64,000 nucleotides of DNA. It comes from Thermococcus sp. JdFR-02. Its GTDB lineage: Archaea; Methanobacteriota_B; Thermococci; Thermococcales; Thermococcaceae. Made by a program: the position numbers and the translations under genes. Positions 63,314 through 64,000 of the stretch are shown piece by piece. The notes beneath the pieces were generated by a model that worked only from the letters and a program-made list of their open reading frames with translations, made no database searches and was not told the origin of the DNA. Within the stretch, counting starts at the first letter, position 1. Each line of letters opens with the position of its first letter. The stretch lies in assembly GCA_002009975.1 (NCBI GenBank), contig MTLP01000042.1, positions 32,001-96,000 on the forward strand, read 5' to 3'.

Positions 63314-64000
63314 TTATTCAAGCTCAAAGGCTAATGCTTCAATTAATTTTATCAAAGCTTTTAAATCTTCAATATGAAGCATCTCTGTTTCAGAATGCAA
63401 ATACCTTATTGGAACGCTCAAAGCTAGAACTTGGCTTTTATCTTGGAATACTGAAGCATCTGTTCCTCCACCTGTAACGCCAATTTGTATTGGGATTTCA
63501 TTTTTCTCAGCTATTTTCCAAACATTTTTAGCCAAACTTCTCGTGTAAATAGCCGAGTTGTCAATAGCCCTTATTACCGCTCCTTCTCCAAGCTTGACAT
63601 CTCCCGTTAAGAAGGAACAGCAGGCAAAGCTATCAATTGCAACAGCATATTCCGGATTATAACTATTTGCTAAGAACTTAGCTCCTTTAAGCCCAATTTC
63701 CTCTTGAACCGTGAAAGCAAAGATAACTTTCCCGTTTAAGTCATGATCAACCAGATCCTTTATGGCTTCAACTAATGCTACAGCCCCAAACCTATCATCT
63801 AAAGACCTTGTTGCAACGTATTTATTGTTTAAAACAGCGAAATGTTTCTTAAATACGGCATAGTCCAAAGGCTTAACTCCTAAAGTCAAAGCTTCTTCCT
63901 TGCTTTCGGCTCCAATGTCTATGGCTAACTTGTGCCAAGGAAGTGTGTCAAACTTACGCTCTAAGTTTAAGTGCACAGCTTCAGCCCCTATAACTCCATC
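63314..64000 (-). CDS. M42 (TET) aminopeptidase, 5'-truncated by window edge
   Basis: SLDDRFG, VQEEIGLKGA, GGTDA and RYLHS; frame is open to position 64000 (DGVIGAEAVHL). Confidence 0.9.
   Translation of the reverse strand, partial: DGVIGAEAVHLNLERKFDTLPWHKLAIDIGAESKEEALTLGVKPLDYAVFKKHFAVLNNKYVATRSLDDRFGAVALVEAIKDLVDHDLNGKVIFAFTVQEEIGLKGAKFLANSYNPEYAVAIDSFACCSFLTGDVKLGEGAVIRAIDNSAIYTRSLAKNVWKIAEKNEIPIQIGVTGGGTDASVFQDKSQVLALSVPIRYLHSETEMLHIEDLKALIKLIEALAFELE

Overview
AT-rich, gene-dense chromosome segment from a Thermococcales archaeon (Thermococcus/Pyrococcus/Palaeococcus-like), judged from SurR-pdo, TIP-glmS-aglB, cpgS, rfcS-rfcL, hjc, pelota and GGTGA-type ribosome-binding sites. Most of the window is housekeeping: translation (pheST, pelota, ABCE1, map, truA, trmY, tRNA-Val), replication and repair (RFC, topA, Hjc, XPB-like helicase), lipids and glycosylation (GGR, UbiD, AglB, GlmS) and redox regulation. 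I see no CRISPR array, transposase, integrase or intein. Signals the ORF track misses are two box C/D guide sRNAs, a GC-rich structured ncRNA upstream of topA, a 43-aa C2H2 zinc-finger micro-protein and a 42-aa ORF with a strong RBS. The best candidate for an undescribed system is the module at about 22.2-25.6 kb: an orphan UbiA prenyltransferase, a wHTH-DUF1724 regulator and a degenerate KaiC-like protein, with a tandem palindromic operator abutting the TATA box. A second candidate is a membrane-anchored HTH regulator paired with a secreted helical protein, with a 10-bp-period direct repeat at their promoter. All family calls come from motif recognition by eye, not database searches. Many CDS starts were moved from the ORF track to the RBS-supported codon.
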